Assembly: GCA_951406725.2 (NCBI GenBank)
Contig: OX597827.1
Span: forward strand, 79,856,001-79,920,000
DNA: 64,000 bases
Origin: Octopus vulgaris
Lineage: Eukaryota
Reading direction: 5' to 3'
Part shown: positions 51,750 to 64,000 of the stretch, piece by piece
How positions within the stretch are numbered: position 1 is the stretch's first letter
How the letters are laid out: each line of letters begins with the position of its first letter
The notes under the pieces: model-generated
The model's database searches: none
Told to the model about the DNA's origin: nothing
The model's input: only the letters and a program-made list of their open reading frames with translations
Position numbers and translations under genes: made by a program

Positions 51750-52184
51750 CTGAAGAGATGGAGCATGTCAAAATCACGTGATCTGGCAGTTCTGGCACCT
51801 ATAGCAGTCAATTCTCATCTGGTAGTGATATAAATATGTGTGGTTTTATGCTCCATGCATCCGTATGAGATGTCTTCTCAAGGTAAATAATGCAGTATTT
51901 GGAACTATAAGCTAAGTGGAGGCTTTAGTTTGAAATAATGCTACAGTGCTTAGACATAGATGAAGGGGAAAGTTACTTAGAGCAATGATTTTATTTATAT
52001 TAATGATGGGAGAAGGAAATGAGGTTGTTATAGATCATGAGATAACATTATTGTGTTTAGTTTTGCAATATTTTGGTTACTTATTGATTCCATCTCTCGT
52101 TTGGTGAAACATAATGAGCACAGAAAGTGAGCCATGGATTTGAAGAAGTAATAATCTGAGGGAAATATTTGTCTGCTGTCTAAA

Positions 52185-52775
52185 CATACATAAACAGTGG
52201 TTAAGCAAGGACCAGCTTCCGGAGTCTGTCACCAAACATGGGCAGTTCAAGCACAAGATGATGCTCTGTGTCTGGTGGAATTATGACAGAATGATTCATT
52301 ATGAGTCTTTTTCTGCACTTTTGAATCATCATCAATGACAATTCCTAGTGCAAACAGCTGGAGTGGAATTATGCCATTGAGCAGCAGAAACACTTAGCCT
52401 TGATTAACAGAAAGTGAGTTCTTCTGCAGCAAGACCTGATACTGCTTGGAGGATCCAGAATAAACTCCAGTCGCTGGAGGGAATTGAACTGATGCCCACA
52501 CCCAGCCAATAGTCCCTTAGATTATTACTTGTTCAGATCCATGGCAATGCTTCACCAACCAAGAGGAAGCTGAAACTTCAGTGAACGAGTTCTTTGCTTT
52601 GAAGAACAAGAACTGGTTTCAGTCTGGTATCAAAGTACTGGCAAAAACAAAAAGTGGCTTCAGACGATACCACTCGATGTCCTCTACTTTGGATGCTGAG
52701 CTGCTTTTGCTGCAATTTGACAGACAAAGCAAATAAGTTACCAAAATACAACAAAACTTTTGACTCAACACAATA
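52185..52775 (+). pseudogene. Mariner (DD34D-type) transposase remnant
   Basis: Broken frames KMMLCVWWNYDRMIHYE, LINRK*VLLQQD, HPANSP, DYYLFRSM, EFFALKNKNWFQSGIK; TIR-like end aaaacttttgactcaacacaata. Confidence 0.85.
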
Positions 52776-52804
52776 ATTATTAGTATTAACATTAATTCAA
52801 AGGG

Positions 52805-52998
52805 GATGGAGCTGGCAGAATCATTAGCACACCAGTGGAAATGCTTAGCAACTTTTCATCCATCTTTACATTCAGATTCTTCTGAAGTCGACTTTGCCCT
52901 TCATCCTTTCAGGGTTGATAAAACAAGTACCAGTTGCTCACTGGGGTCAATGTAATCAAGTACCCTCTGGTGGACTTTTGCCAAAATTTGAAATCACT
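52805..52998 (+). mobile_element. Short SINE family (other copies about 2340-2538 minus, 40017-40205, 60320-60530)
   Basis: ggagctggcagaatcattagc...gtcgactttgcccttcatcctttc...ggggtcaatgtaatc...ccaaaatttgaaa recurs in the window. Confidence 0.75.
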
Positions 52999-53243
52999 AT
53001 TAATTTAAACTCCTTTACAGATAAGATCACTCTTTATTGTTTTTAAAAATTATTTTCTAGCACAATGGTGAACAATAATGTTATTCATCACTACTTTCCA
53101 ATGATCTCATCACTGGTTCACTGCATTTCTGACCGCAAGAGTAGTGAGTGAGTGCTTGTAACTCATTGCAAAACAAATGTCACAAGGGATAGGATTCAAT
53201 GAGCACTGGACATTTGATTTTCCACAGATGTTTCATCCTTCAT

Positions 53244-53297
<54 letters not shown>

Positions 53298-53299
<2 letters not shown>

Positions 53300-53644
53300 A
53301 GGCACAATGGCCCAGTGGTTAAGGCAGCGGACTCACGGTCATAGGATCGCGGTTTCGATTCCCAGACCGGGCGTTGTGAGTGTTTATTGAGCGAAAACAC
53401 CTGAAAGCTCCACGAGGCTCCTGCAGGGATGGTGGTGATCCCTGCTGTACTCTTTCGCCACAACTTTCTCTCACTCTCTCCTGTTTTGCTGTACCTGTAT
53501 TTCAAAGGCCGGCCTTGTCACTTCTGTGTCACGCTGAATATTCCCGAGAACTACGTTAAGGGTACATAGCCACTTACACGTTAATTTCACGAGCAGGCTG
53601 TTCCGTTGATTGGATCAACCGGAACCTCATACGACGTGTTCCAT

Positions 53645-53649
<5 letters not shown>
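53298..53649 (+). mobile_element. tRNA-derived SINE (third family) inserted in (TA)n
   Basis: TGGCCCAGTGG A box, GTTTCGATTCC B box and ccat tail. An inverted partial copy lies at about 53805-53915. Confidence 0.85.
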
Positions 53650-53699
<50 letters not shown>

Positions 53700-53958
53700 T
53701 CCCTACCTACCTAAATACATACACACTACATACATACTTATATGCATGGATGGTTTTCTCTTAGTTTCAGTGATGAAGATTCAAATGTTTAATCCATTGC
53801 ATCAGCAACTCATTGAATTAATGTCTAACTGGCCGAGCGTTCCACAAATCAGACACGGACCTTTAATGTAATTCTCAGGCAGAATCAGCCTAAACACAAC
53901 GTGTCCTTGACAAAATTGAAATTTTTCATTTGCAGCCCCAAAGCCATCAAAGCAGCTT

Positions 53959-54101
53959 CCACCCACCACTTTCTTTCCACCCACCACTTTCCCTCCACCC
54001 ACCACTTTCTCTCCACCCACCACTTTCCCTCCACCCACCACTTTCTCTCTACCCACCACTTTCCCTCCACCCACCACTTTCCCTCCACCCACCACTTTCC
54101 T
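53959..54101. repeat. 18-bp minisatellite, 8 copies (CCACCCACCACTTTCYCT)
   Basis: Directly visible; unit variants largely alternate, giving a 36-bp period. Confidence 0.95.
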
Positions 54102-56748
54102 TTACAAAGTAGTGAATCAATTTGAAGCTATAGAAAACGGCACTTACCCAAGATGCCACACAGTAGGATTGAACCAAGGATCTCATGGTTACAAAGTGAA
54201 TTCCTTAATCCTTCAGTCATACTCCGCATGCATTACATGTATGTGTTCATGCATTTGTGCAGACATATGCATACAGACACATGTACAAACATACTCACAC
54301 ACACACATACATGCAATGGACCTCCGCACAGTTTCATATACTAATTTTATTGACCAGGCATTGATCAACTTGAGGCTAATGTAAAAAAAAAAAACAACAT
54401 TTGTCCAGGGTCCAAATAATAGAATCAGACCTTAAATTACTTGGTTGCCAAGTAAACCTCTTAACCACACAATCGTTCTTGGTGTTATTAAAAGTTAACA
54501 AAGCTTCCCAGAATGTTACCAATGACAAAATAATGTCTTATCCAGGGAACAGTTATACTTCATCTATTTAATGCATGTAAACTGGAAGTAAAAAGTATCC
54601 TTCAAAAAGGCCATCAGTGGAAAGGAGGCATTTACAAACTATAAAACATATTACCCATGGAAATAATAATTATGACTGTAATTTGGAAAGATTCATTACT
54701 TTGCAACAAGTTTGGCATTTCACCATTTTGTAAAGTTTGGATTTTATTGGTGGTGGTGACCTGGCTTCACAGTGGACAGAGGATAATACAATGATTGGAC
54801 ACAAAACTGACCATTAATTTGATGCTCTTCACTCCTGAGATTATATCTCCTCATAGAATTATAGAATAGAATTAAGGCTAACAAATAAAATGTGACAAGT
54901 CCAGCTATGAAATACTTCTCACATCTCACAATAAAAATCATACTGTATCAGAATAGTAATATCGCATAGAATATATCTGATATCTCACTTATTTCACTGA
55001 TATGTAAATTACAGCACAATTGCAATATCTAAAAAGAGAGAGGAGAAGAGTTCTGTATAAATCTATGCATATCTTCTCAGCATGAAGTTACAGGTATTAA
55101 ATTGCTACTTGTTGGTCTGATATATCACTAACTCTACTGATAATATCACGTTGCACCATGGGAATAACATAAAAACATCATCATCATCATTGCTATAAAC
55201 AACAAGACAAGGCAATATAAGTAGCTTGCCAGGCTTTCAAATCAATATCTGTGAGTTTAGCTCAACTTTTACTGTGGTATTAGAGTTAAAGGGCTTTAGA
55301 GCCCCTACTTCACCCACTTCCTGGTTTTTGCTTATTATCTGTTATGTGCATTCTCCTTAACACTAACTTACTTAGATTCTCATATTTACCACTATAAATG
55401 GTATAATCTGGAGAAAGAGACTGTTTACCAAAAAAGTCATTTGCAACTATTTCACTACATAAACAATTCTTTCAGTCATGTTAGGTCAGCAAATAACCTC
55501 AATATTACAAAGTAAAGCTCAGCAAGATATTGGCACAGCCAATCAAAATACTTCATTTCAAGCAAAAACAATTAAAATTGCCACTTAAAATAGCTTATTA
55601 TATCTAAATAATGACTATATAATTTTATAACTCTTATATTTAAATAACTTTGTGAAATAGTGATATATCAACTTACTACTGGTTGCATTTTAACAAAAAA
55701 AAAGTAAAACCCTCTCGTTATGAAAAGTGATCAAAATGACGAAGCTGCTTAGCATTCAGATCTCAAACTTTCAATAGCCAACAACAACTTCTTTAATTAT
55801 ACTATATTGTTAATTTGTAAGTAATAGATCAGTTGGTTGTTAGCGATAACTCTTTCATTTACTAATGTTTTTTCAACAAACTAGTTTTAGAAAATTTATT
55901 TTGGTTTTCACTTTCCAAATACATTTGTGATTTGCAGTTCATAAATATAAAAAGCATTATTACATAAGTTGTATTTGATAACTAGTAAAATAAAATGCAA
56001 ACACAAGTGCTGGAATATATTAGCATTGATTTACTTTGAAATGTGTTGTCTAGAAGTGTATTATATTTAAAATGAAAAGAAAATAGCAGTAAAGAATGAA
56101 AAAACAGTGTCATATATTTCGACAATATATTGATTCTATTTTGTTGTCAATATGCTGCCGTTTTAGGATAACATCTTCATGTCTTCAAAATGTTTATTTA
56201 GTATATGAAGAAATTTTCTCCTGGGAATATTTTGATGAAAGATATTTCCTCTAAGAATTGATGTGGTTCTAATGGCTTTTCAACCTCCAGCAGAGTTTGT
56301 GATCATCAACTACTATGAGAAACAGTTTTGTGTAGTTTCTCACTTGTATAAGGCCTGAGGCTAAGCATTAGAAGGAGACATTACAGCTGATCAATAAACC
56401 TTCCAAGCAAGAAATTGAAGAAAAACAACAACAACAACAGCAACAACAACAAACATCTTATACAGTCAAGATTTTCCTCTCCTTATTTATATCATGAATT
56501 GTATATAAGGCTAAAATACACAGCTTAAAATATATTTCAAAAAATAAATAAAAATAGGTGTTTAGAGAGAATTCAGTTTTCTTTTCTGGAAATAAACAGC
56601 TAAATAAATAACTATTTATTTTGCTATTTGGTGATATTTTAAAGGAGAAAAAGTATTTAGATTTGTTTTGTTTTGTTTTGTTTTGATACAATTTAAATAT
56701 ATTTATCCAACAAAGTAAATGAAAACAATAAAGTGAAGATATACTTAC

Positions 56749-57040
56749 TTTTACAGCATAAAATCCCTTGTTGTTATAAACTGTGACTTGGTCCCAATGT
56801 TCTGCTGTTAATGGTTGTCTGTGTCACTGCTGCTATGGTGTGACAATGGCTTCATGTTGATAGATTGATGTGATGAGTAAGTCAGTATAAGCCAGCAGTT
56901 CCTCTCTGTGTTCTCTGTGAAATGTTTAGTGAGTGTGTAGTGATAGAGATGGGTGTTGCTTAAACCAACATCTGATAAACTAGTTGATATGTTTCCCCTC
57001 ACAGAAAGAGAGAGAAAGAGAGAAGGAGTGAGAGAGAACA
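56749..57040 (-). promoter_or_regulatory. Candidate first (5'UTR) exon and promoter of the Pcdh gene
   Basis: Donor AAA|GTAAGTAT at 56749/56748 followed by a T-rich intron start. Unique sequence bounded by a GA/CT-rich tract at 57004-57040, just past the inferred 3' end of the upstream paralog. The TSS cannot be determined from sequence. Confidence 0.4.
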
Positions 57041-57928
57041 CAGAATTATCAGTTCCACTAACAGTTAGCCATAAGAAATTTATCCAATACCAACATGTCT
57101 AAAAATACAAAAACAACAAACTAAAGTAGAAATATCTATTGTTCTCTAGATTTATTTCTATTTTTATTTTTATTTTGCTTTATATACAAAATTAAACTTT
57201 TTCTACATAATAGTTAGATCACATGACCAATTTTATTGAGTAATTGAAATCGTCACATAAATAACAAATGAATTTTTTTATTTACTCAACATTTACAATA
57301 AACTATCATCTCCCTTAACTATGTGTAATGTTATTTTATACGTGATTTTATTTTCAATTGCAGTCTTATAAAAACAAATTCTAATATATTTAAAGGACCA
57401 AAGAGTAGTGTTTTTTATAAATAATAATTTAGTGATAAATGTTTGCATTTCTATATCTTTGAGGGAAACAAAACATCAAATATGAAACCTTGACTGAAAA
57501 AAATAACCAGTTGGAAAGTTTCGAGTGAATGGACAAACATGAATGGGGAGAAAATAAAGACTGTTTAAACTTTATGATTAATAATAATACGACTAGGGAT
57601 GCAAATAGAAAGCATTTAGAAGTTTTATTTTGTATTGTAATCATTTGTGATTAGCAGCAGCAGCAGCAGTTTAATAGGGAAAATGAGTATTATCAGAAAT
57701 ATCACACTCTTGGTTCTATATGCATATGTTTAATTTATACTTTTCAAATGTGTAAGAACTATGCATTTAAAAAAAATAAAACTACATGAATGGAAACAGT
57801 TTTAATGAAACTTTAAGTAATGAAAAATCTGGTCTCTTTTTCTTTCCTCTTCAGGTATACAGAGTTTATTCTATTTCTAAGTAATTTTGATGATTGAGAT
57901 TGTAAGATATTATAGAAATTGCCTTGGG

Positions 57929-58047
57929 TCAGTTAATGATGTCTTCAGGTGTCAGGGACAGCTGTCTTTCTAGGGGCTTAAGAAATCTATCTTGGTAATG
58001 TTGTCTCTCATAGCTGGTGGATATAGCAGGACAGGCACTATAGAGAT
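57929..58047 (-). CDS. Terminal coding exon of the upstream protocadherin paralog
   Basis: Acceptor ccatcttacttgtctattttccag| after a 174-nt intron. The phase-1 join reads DLYSACPAISTSYERQHYQDRFLKPLERQLSLTPEDIIN-stop (TGA 57931-57929). AATAAA on the minus strand at 57870-57865. Confidence 0.6.
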
Positions 58048-58221
58048 CTGGAAAATAGACAAGTAAGATGGTTCAAGATGCTGTAGATGGCAAATAGAAA
58101 CAAGAAGAGGAAAAACCAAAATTAAAACCCAGTTTTTCTTTCTATACAAAATACAGGCTATGCAAGATAAGAATAGCAACTACAACAACAACAGGAACAG
58201 AGACAAATGGAATTACACTAC

Positions 58222-58372
58222 CTGACAATGCTGGTATTTCTTCATAATATCCAATATCTCTATCTATCCAACTTCGGCCAGTGTCCTTGTAGGTTACTAG
58301 AGTGTCACTCTTGTAATTTTCTAGTTCCCGGAGTTCACCATAAGATGTTACTTCAACCGGTTCACTGTACTT
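58222..58372 (-). CDS. Cytoplasmic-domain exon of an upstream protocadherin paralog (its large exon would lie beyond the window)
   Basis: Acceptor tgtgtttaaccacag|, 151 nt open in phase 0: KYSEPVEVTSYGELRELENYKSDTLVTYKDTGRSWIDRDIGYYEEIPALS+G, donor CAG|GTAGTG. The D-[ST]-G-x-x-W...Y-E-E-x-P pattern resembles mollusc Pcdh tails as I recall them (not database-checked). Confidence 0.7.
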
Positions 58373-58544
58373 CTGTGGTTAAACACAAATCAATCTTTAG
58401 AAAACTTGAAAGTAATTTTGTGCAGAGATTATGTAAATATTGCTGCCTGAAAATGTAATCTGGCTTGGGTTTCATTCAGAAAGCTTTCATCATGGCTGAG
58501 AATTTGTACTGAACCACTTGTAAGAAAGAGTTATTAAGGACATG

Positions 58545-59212
58545 GCCCATTATTGTAGGATAGAGACCAAAGTGGTGGACTACTGCTGGAGGAGAGACAA
58601 AGTGGACCCCCTTTGGTAGAGAGAGAAGTTAAAGTGGTGAAGAAATATGGGATGGATCATTCTTGAGAGGGAGAAAGGTTAAAGTGGTGGGCTGCTGATG
58701 GACCAATGCTGAAAGAGAGAAATAAAGGTAGACTATCACTGGTAGGGGAGAGATGTTAAGGTGATGGATTTTGCTAAGGGAACAAGTAAAGGGCTATTGA
58801 GGGAGAGAGAAAGAGAGAGATTAAGGGAGTGGACTGGTTCTGGGAATAAATTAATTCGATGGATTACAACTAAAGGAGAAAGGTTATGATAATGGACCAT
58901 TACTGAAGGAGAGTGTTTAAGGTGATGGATAAATACTGGGCAGAGAGAAGTTGGTGGATCAGTGCTGTGAGGAGGAAGACATAAATGTTGGACTTCTACT
59001 GGGGAGGGAGGTTAAAGTGATGGCCAAATGTTTTGGGATAGAAAATTAGGTTGTGGACCCTTACTGAAAGAGAGGGTAACATAGTGAACTATTGTTGGAA
59101 GGTAGAGTTTAAGATGGTGGAAAGAGGTTAATACGGTGGAGTACTAATGGCAGAGAGATGTTATGGTGGTAGATTCCTGCTAGAGGAACAAATGGTTAAG
59201 CTGGTGGAGAGA
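58545..59212. repeat. Degenerate ~35-bp purine-rich minisatellite
   Basis: Repeated aaagtggtggacc..tgctggagggagaga..gtt units over about 670 bp. Confidence 0.8.
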
Positions 59213-62200
59213 GATGATATTAGCCAATTTAAGAAAACAAAGTAGAAATCATATCTATTTTCACACACAGAATACCTCTATACACACACACACACACATA
59301 CATACAGTATGTATGTGTAAACTGTTCAGCTATATGTATTTAGACATAATTGGTTTATAGTGTTATACCTCTCTGGTGTATCTAGAAATGTATTTAAAGT
59401 TAGTAGTGAATGTCTGAAGAAAAAAAAGAGAAAGAATGAGGGTAAGTGTGAATACAATTTTAGATTCATCTAACTGAGCAAAATTCTCAGTGATTTATGC
59501 AGCATTGCTTTTCAATATAAGAACTGCATCTCTGTATCTAAACAATGATTAAAGAAGCCAACCATAGAAAACATTATTGTCAGAATGTTAATAGTTAGGT
59601 GTCATGGCTAGAACAAAACTAGTGATTTGATAAGCATCTATCTACCTTATGACAAGAGTAGAATCACACTGACTTCTAATTTTAGTTATACATCAGGTAT
59701 ATACTTTATTCTCTGCAGGTGATCACAGCCTATTGTAGTTGAAAAGAAACTGTCTTTGATCCTGTCTGCCATTGCATGAAAGCCATTAACGATCTAATAG
59801 TGTTTCTTAAGAAAAACAAACAGACTCCATATATGGAAATGAGATTCTTCTCTCTTTTTCTGATGATAATGATACTGAAAACAAAATTCTTTGACCAATC
59901 AAGAATGTTAAATAATAGCAAGCCATGTTGAATACTAAATAATATCAAGATATATTAGGACTACTACAAAGACAGCATAATTAATCAAAGACAGAATGTT
60001 TTGCAGAGAATAATGTTAAAAGATTCAATCCATTTTGCATATTTAATCTTATTTTACAGAAGAAAAAAAATGATTACTTAATACACAATTGATTTCAGAA
60101 GCAAGTCATTTAGAGCCATTGTTTAATACTGATACTCTGTATATAATGTTCCTAGGTTTTCAGTTTAATAAATGGTTTTATACTAATTTTCAGATGATTT
60201 TTTTTTTCTTTCAACATTTAGAATTTTGAGTTTTTGAAATTTTATTTTAGCTTATATGTTATAAACCATCAAAAAATTATTCTTCAAATACTGACAACAT
60301 TGTTATTAGACTTTATTAACTGGTAGAAATCATTAAACTGCAAGGCCATATGCTTTCTGCTAATTAGTTGCAACCCTCTGTTTTCTGAGTTCAAATCCTA
60401 CTGAGGTCAACTTTGCCTTTTATCTTACCAGGTTTGATAAAATAAAATACCAGGGAAGTATTGGGGTTTAGTTTAATCAACAAAAGCCTCCTATAAAATG
60501 TGTTATTTTATGCCTGTACAACAAATCAATATCTCTGGTTTATTAAAACGGAAACTTGAAAGATTTGGAAGAATATCAATGAATGAAAGTTTTATCTAAA
60601 AGTCAAGAGAAAAGTTAGATGTTAGAATTATTAATTTAGATGAGAATTTAAAAGGGACAAGTAATCTGATGAAAGGGGTAAACAGGGTGAGGTTTGTTAA
60701 TGATAATATGTCAAGAAATCAAGATATTATTGGAAAAAAATCTATACTGGCATGGATATTATTGAGAAAAAGTAAGATTTCATAAGGAGTAAGAAGATTA
60801 CCCAAAAGGAGTTTGGTCACAATGGAAGTAACAACAACATCTGGTTGTGAGTCAGTTGTTAAAGAAAAACTACAATACAACCTTCATGTATAGTAAACCA
60901 AAAGACATAAAGACTGGATTAAATAAAATTGGAATGAATAGCTCATAAAAATGTTATTGAAATGACTAGTCTGGCAGGACCAGGGTTCAAGTAAAGAACA
61001 GGCATGAGAAGATCTTTAATTCTAAAAGTGTGGAATCACAAATGCCATATTTCTTACATAAACAGCCACAAGAAATGTATTTAGTAAAAAAAATTATCAG
61101 AACCAAGAAAAGTTATTTGATGGGGTTGAATGATGCTTGATTTGAATGTGTTGCAGTTGTTGTTTAACCCAAGGTAAGGCTTGATTGAGCAGTCCAATGA
61201 TCAAAGCCTAGACCATCTCATTTTTCTTTTCAGACATAGAGTCCAAGTCTACCTTATCATGTCGTCGTCATCATTGTTGTTTAATGTCTGCTTTCCATGC
61301 TGGCATGGGTTGGATGATTTGACTAAGGACTGGCAAGCCAGAAGGCGGCACCAGGCTCCAATCTGATCTGGCAAGGTTTCTACCGTTGGATGTCCTTCCT
61401 AACACCAATCACTCTGAGAGTGTAGTGAATGCTTCTTATGTGCCACCGGCACAGGAGCCAGTCAGGCGGTACTGGCATGCGTCCAATTTTAAAGGAATGT
61501 AGAGAGCAATTTGAAGATATGACTGCTATTTCTAGTAGGTTATATAACAATCTAAAGGTTTGAGAGGTGTTCATAGGGTTAGTGTTTAAAACTGAAATCA
61601 AAATAAGATAATTCAATGAAGGCAAATAATTTCAGATAACATTTCTTGTTTATTATCAAATAATTTATGGAATTCACTGTTGGGTATCTTTAGGAACTTC
61701 AGCATACATAAACCATGCTTATCAATGCAGAATTAATATGAAATCAGCAAGTTCTGTTTGAGACCTGTGAAAGTGAGCTGAGATCAAAGAAAATGCACCT
61801 GACCCCAAATGAATTGATTGTTCTTATTGTTGCTTAACCTCAGGTCAATTTCTTATCAAGTAGAACTATGATCAACAGCATTCCAGCTATGGCATTTCTT
61901 TTTGTTCAAAGGTGGTGTCTGTCACTATATTATCTAAGATATCCTTTTCAAACTCAGTAGAAGAGATTTAGCTGTTATTTCTTGCAGGTCAAATAGTCAA
62001 ATAGAAACATACTTTTTACCAGCGATGTGTTGATTTATTGACATATTACCTTTAACACCTTCCAAACTGTTTACTTAACACTCCTCTTTAAATTCTCTTC
62101 TTAATTAGTAAATTGGACTTGTAAAGGTTATTGTTAATGCTGGAGTCTAAAAGCACCAAGAAGGAAGTCTTGATCAGAAAAAGTTGGTGAAACTAGTGTG

Positions 62201-63578
62201 ACAAGTAAGTAGACAAGAGTTGTCAGAGAGATTAACAGAGAATAAACACTACAAGAATGAATAGACTGAGTATTCTTCTGATGCAGTAAATTGTCTCGTA
62301 TAGATTATTGAAACAGTAATTGAGTGAGAACCAGCACCTTTATAATAACCAGTGAGTGTGTGTATGTCAGCACAGAGATTGAGAGAGAAAGAGATTCTCA
62401 GACATAAACACACACAAAAAAGGGAAGTAAAATGGTTTCCAGGGTAGAAAACTTTAGAAATTGTTAATATATGATTCAGAGTCTGCTGTTGCTTATGAAA
62501 TAATCTTTAATCTACTGCAGTTGGAAGAGAATAAAAATGTTATGTAAAGCTGTAGTTTCCTTCAGTCTATTGTTGCCAGGAAGTTTACAGCTATTTAAAA
62601 TGTTTATATTTTCTTTCCAATAATTGAAAATATTGAATTTTCTGCATTACAAGAGAAAACAGTTGTTTCATAAACCAATTGTTGAGAGAAAGCGAAAGAG
62701 TCTGAGAGCAGTGGGGGTGAGGTGAAGAAAGGCAAAAAGACAGAGAGAGGAGTAGATAAAGAAAGGAAAAGTGGAGTAACAGAGAGAGGTGGGAGGAAGA
62801 AAGAAAAACAGAAGGAAAGTAAGGAGTAATTTCTACTTTGCTATTTTGTAGGTGGAGGAGAGGGGGATGACAGTGGAAGGAGTTTTTACCATCCCAGAGA
62901 CGTGTTGAGATGTCAGTGGAACATAAGATTTAGAATGAAAGAAACTACAAGTGAATAGTAAACTCTGTGCTCTACGATGTGTCAAATGACATTGAAGTGG
63001 GCTGAGGAAGCCGACCAAGCTTTCATGTCAATAATTCAATACTTAGATCCCTGGCTTAAGATTGGCAGACATAGTTTAGCTGTGGGATTTCCTCCCAGTT
63101 TTGCTAGAGAACTTAGTCAGCTTGATGTAAATTAGTGATGTGGAAGCATTAGGAAAATATTTCATTGAGTCAATATTGCTAGCTAACACATTCTTGAGAT
63201 ACTATGGCTTCTTCAGGTGCAGGGATAGAATTAATAATAAAACATAGAGGTGTACACATTATTAATTGTGTATGCAGTTATTAGTCAAAGTGTGTTGTCA
63301 TACACTAATTGCCAGTGAGTTGCAATATGAAAGGTTTATTTCTTGCTTCAAGAGCAAAATGAAACACAGTTTCTCATTTCTCATCGGCATTGTTATGTAA
63401 TTCCTAAATGACAGTTTTTAATCTGTCACCAGAAAGTCAGTGATATTTCTGGACATGATGGGTCCCCACTCATTCTCTGCCTATCACAATAGATTCCTTA
63501 GGCTTCAATGTTTTCTATGCGAAACAATATCCTTGTTGCATTGAAAATCTGCAAACCATTTTCCAGTTAGATTAGTGT

Positions 63579-63738
<160 letters not shown>

Positions 63739-64000
63739 ATTAGAGAAAAAGATTAATTTGAATATTTTTTTTTAGGGCAGAATAGTGTATTATTGATGTC
63801 GTCCACTCCCTGTCTTAAAAGAGAGGTCATCACTTAATCACTTTGGCCATTGTCATCTCTTGTATTTCATGGAGTGGAATTTAATGCATGGCACTGACAA
63901 ACTGTTTATTTCATATAAATAAATGTAAACTAAATAGCAAAATATCAACCACTTAACAACTATTTGTGATGACAAGACTAATAAGAGTTATGTTGTGTGT

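Noticed and set aside
53802-54125. Repetitive ORFs (KVVGGG, HPPLSL) and CRISPR-like periodicity
   Set aside because: An 18-bp tandem repeat with no spacers or cas genes, in a eukaryotic context.
56900-57860. Vertebrate-like CSE/CTCF promoter motif
   Set aside because: No GC-rich CTCF-like site is visible in this AT-rich interval.
59860-59895. CTGATGA...GAAA hammerhead candidate
   Set aside because: No pairing for stems I, II or III.

Overview
Repeat-rich, AT-rich eukaryotic DNA. The protocadherin type and the SINE/microsatellite landscape point to a coleoid cephalopod, most likely Octopus (inference). The only large gene piece is a minus-strand protocadherin exon (ATG 48883, donor after 46502) encoding a signal peptide, 6 cadherin repeats, a TM helix and the proximal cytoplasmic tail. 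Candidate 5'UTR exons lie at about 51.5-51.7 kb and 56.7-57.0 kb. Manual splicing reveals two exons not annotated as such in the ORF track (58222-58372 and 57929-58047) that look like the cytoplasmic tail of the next upstream protocadherin, so the window appears to be part of a head-to-tail Pcdh array. I could not find the matching 3' exons of the main gene in the 46 kb downstream. The rest is intron-like DNA with tRNA-head SINEs, RTE and R4/Dong-type LINE remnants, mariner and maT remnants, probable Helitrons and microsatellites. The most unexpected signal is a set of short, often inverted-repeat inserts carrying minimal type-I hammerhead ribozyme motifs of the Penelope-like type. These include a 130-bp palindrome with a core in each arm and a core with a compensatory G3-C8 swap. 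Nearly all short ORFs in the track are spurious. Repeat boundaries and folds were read by eye and are approximate.
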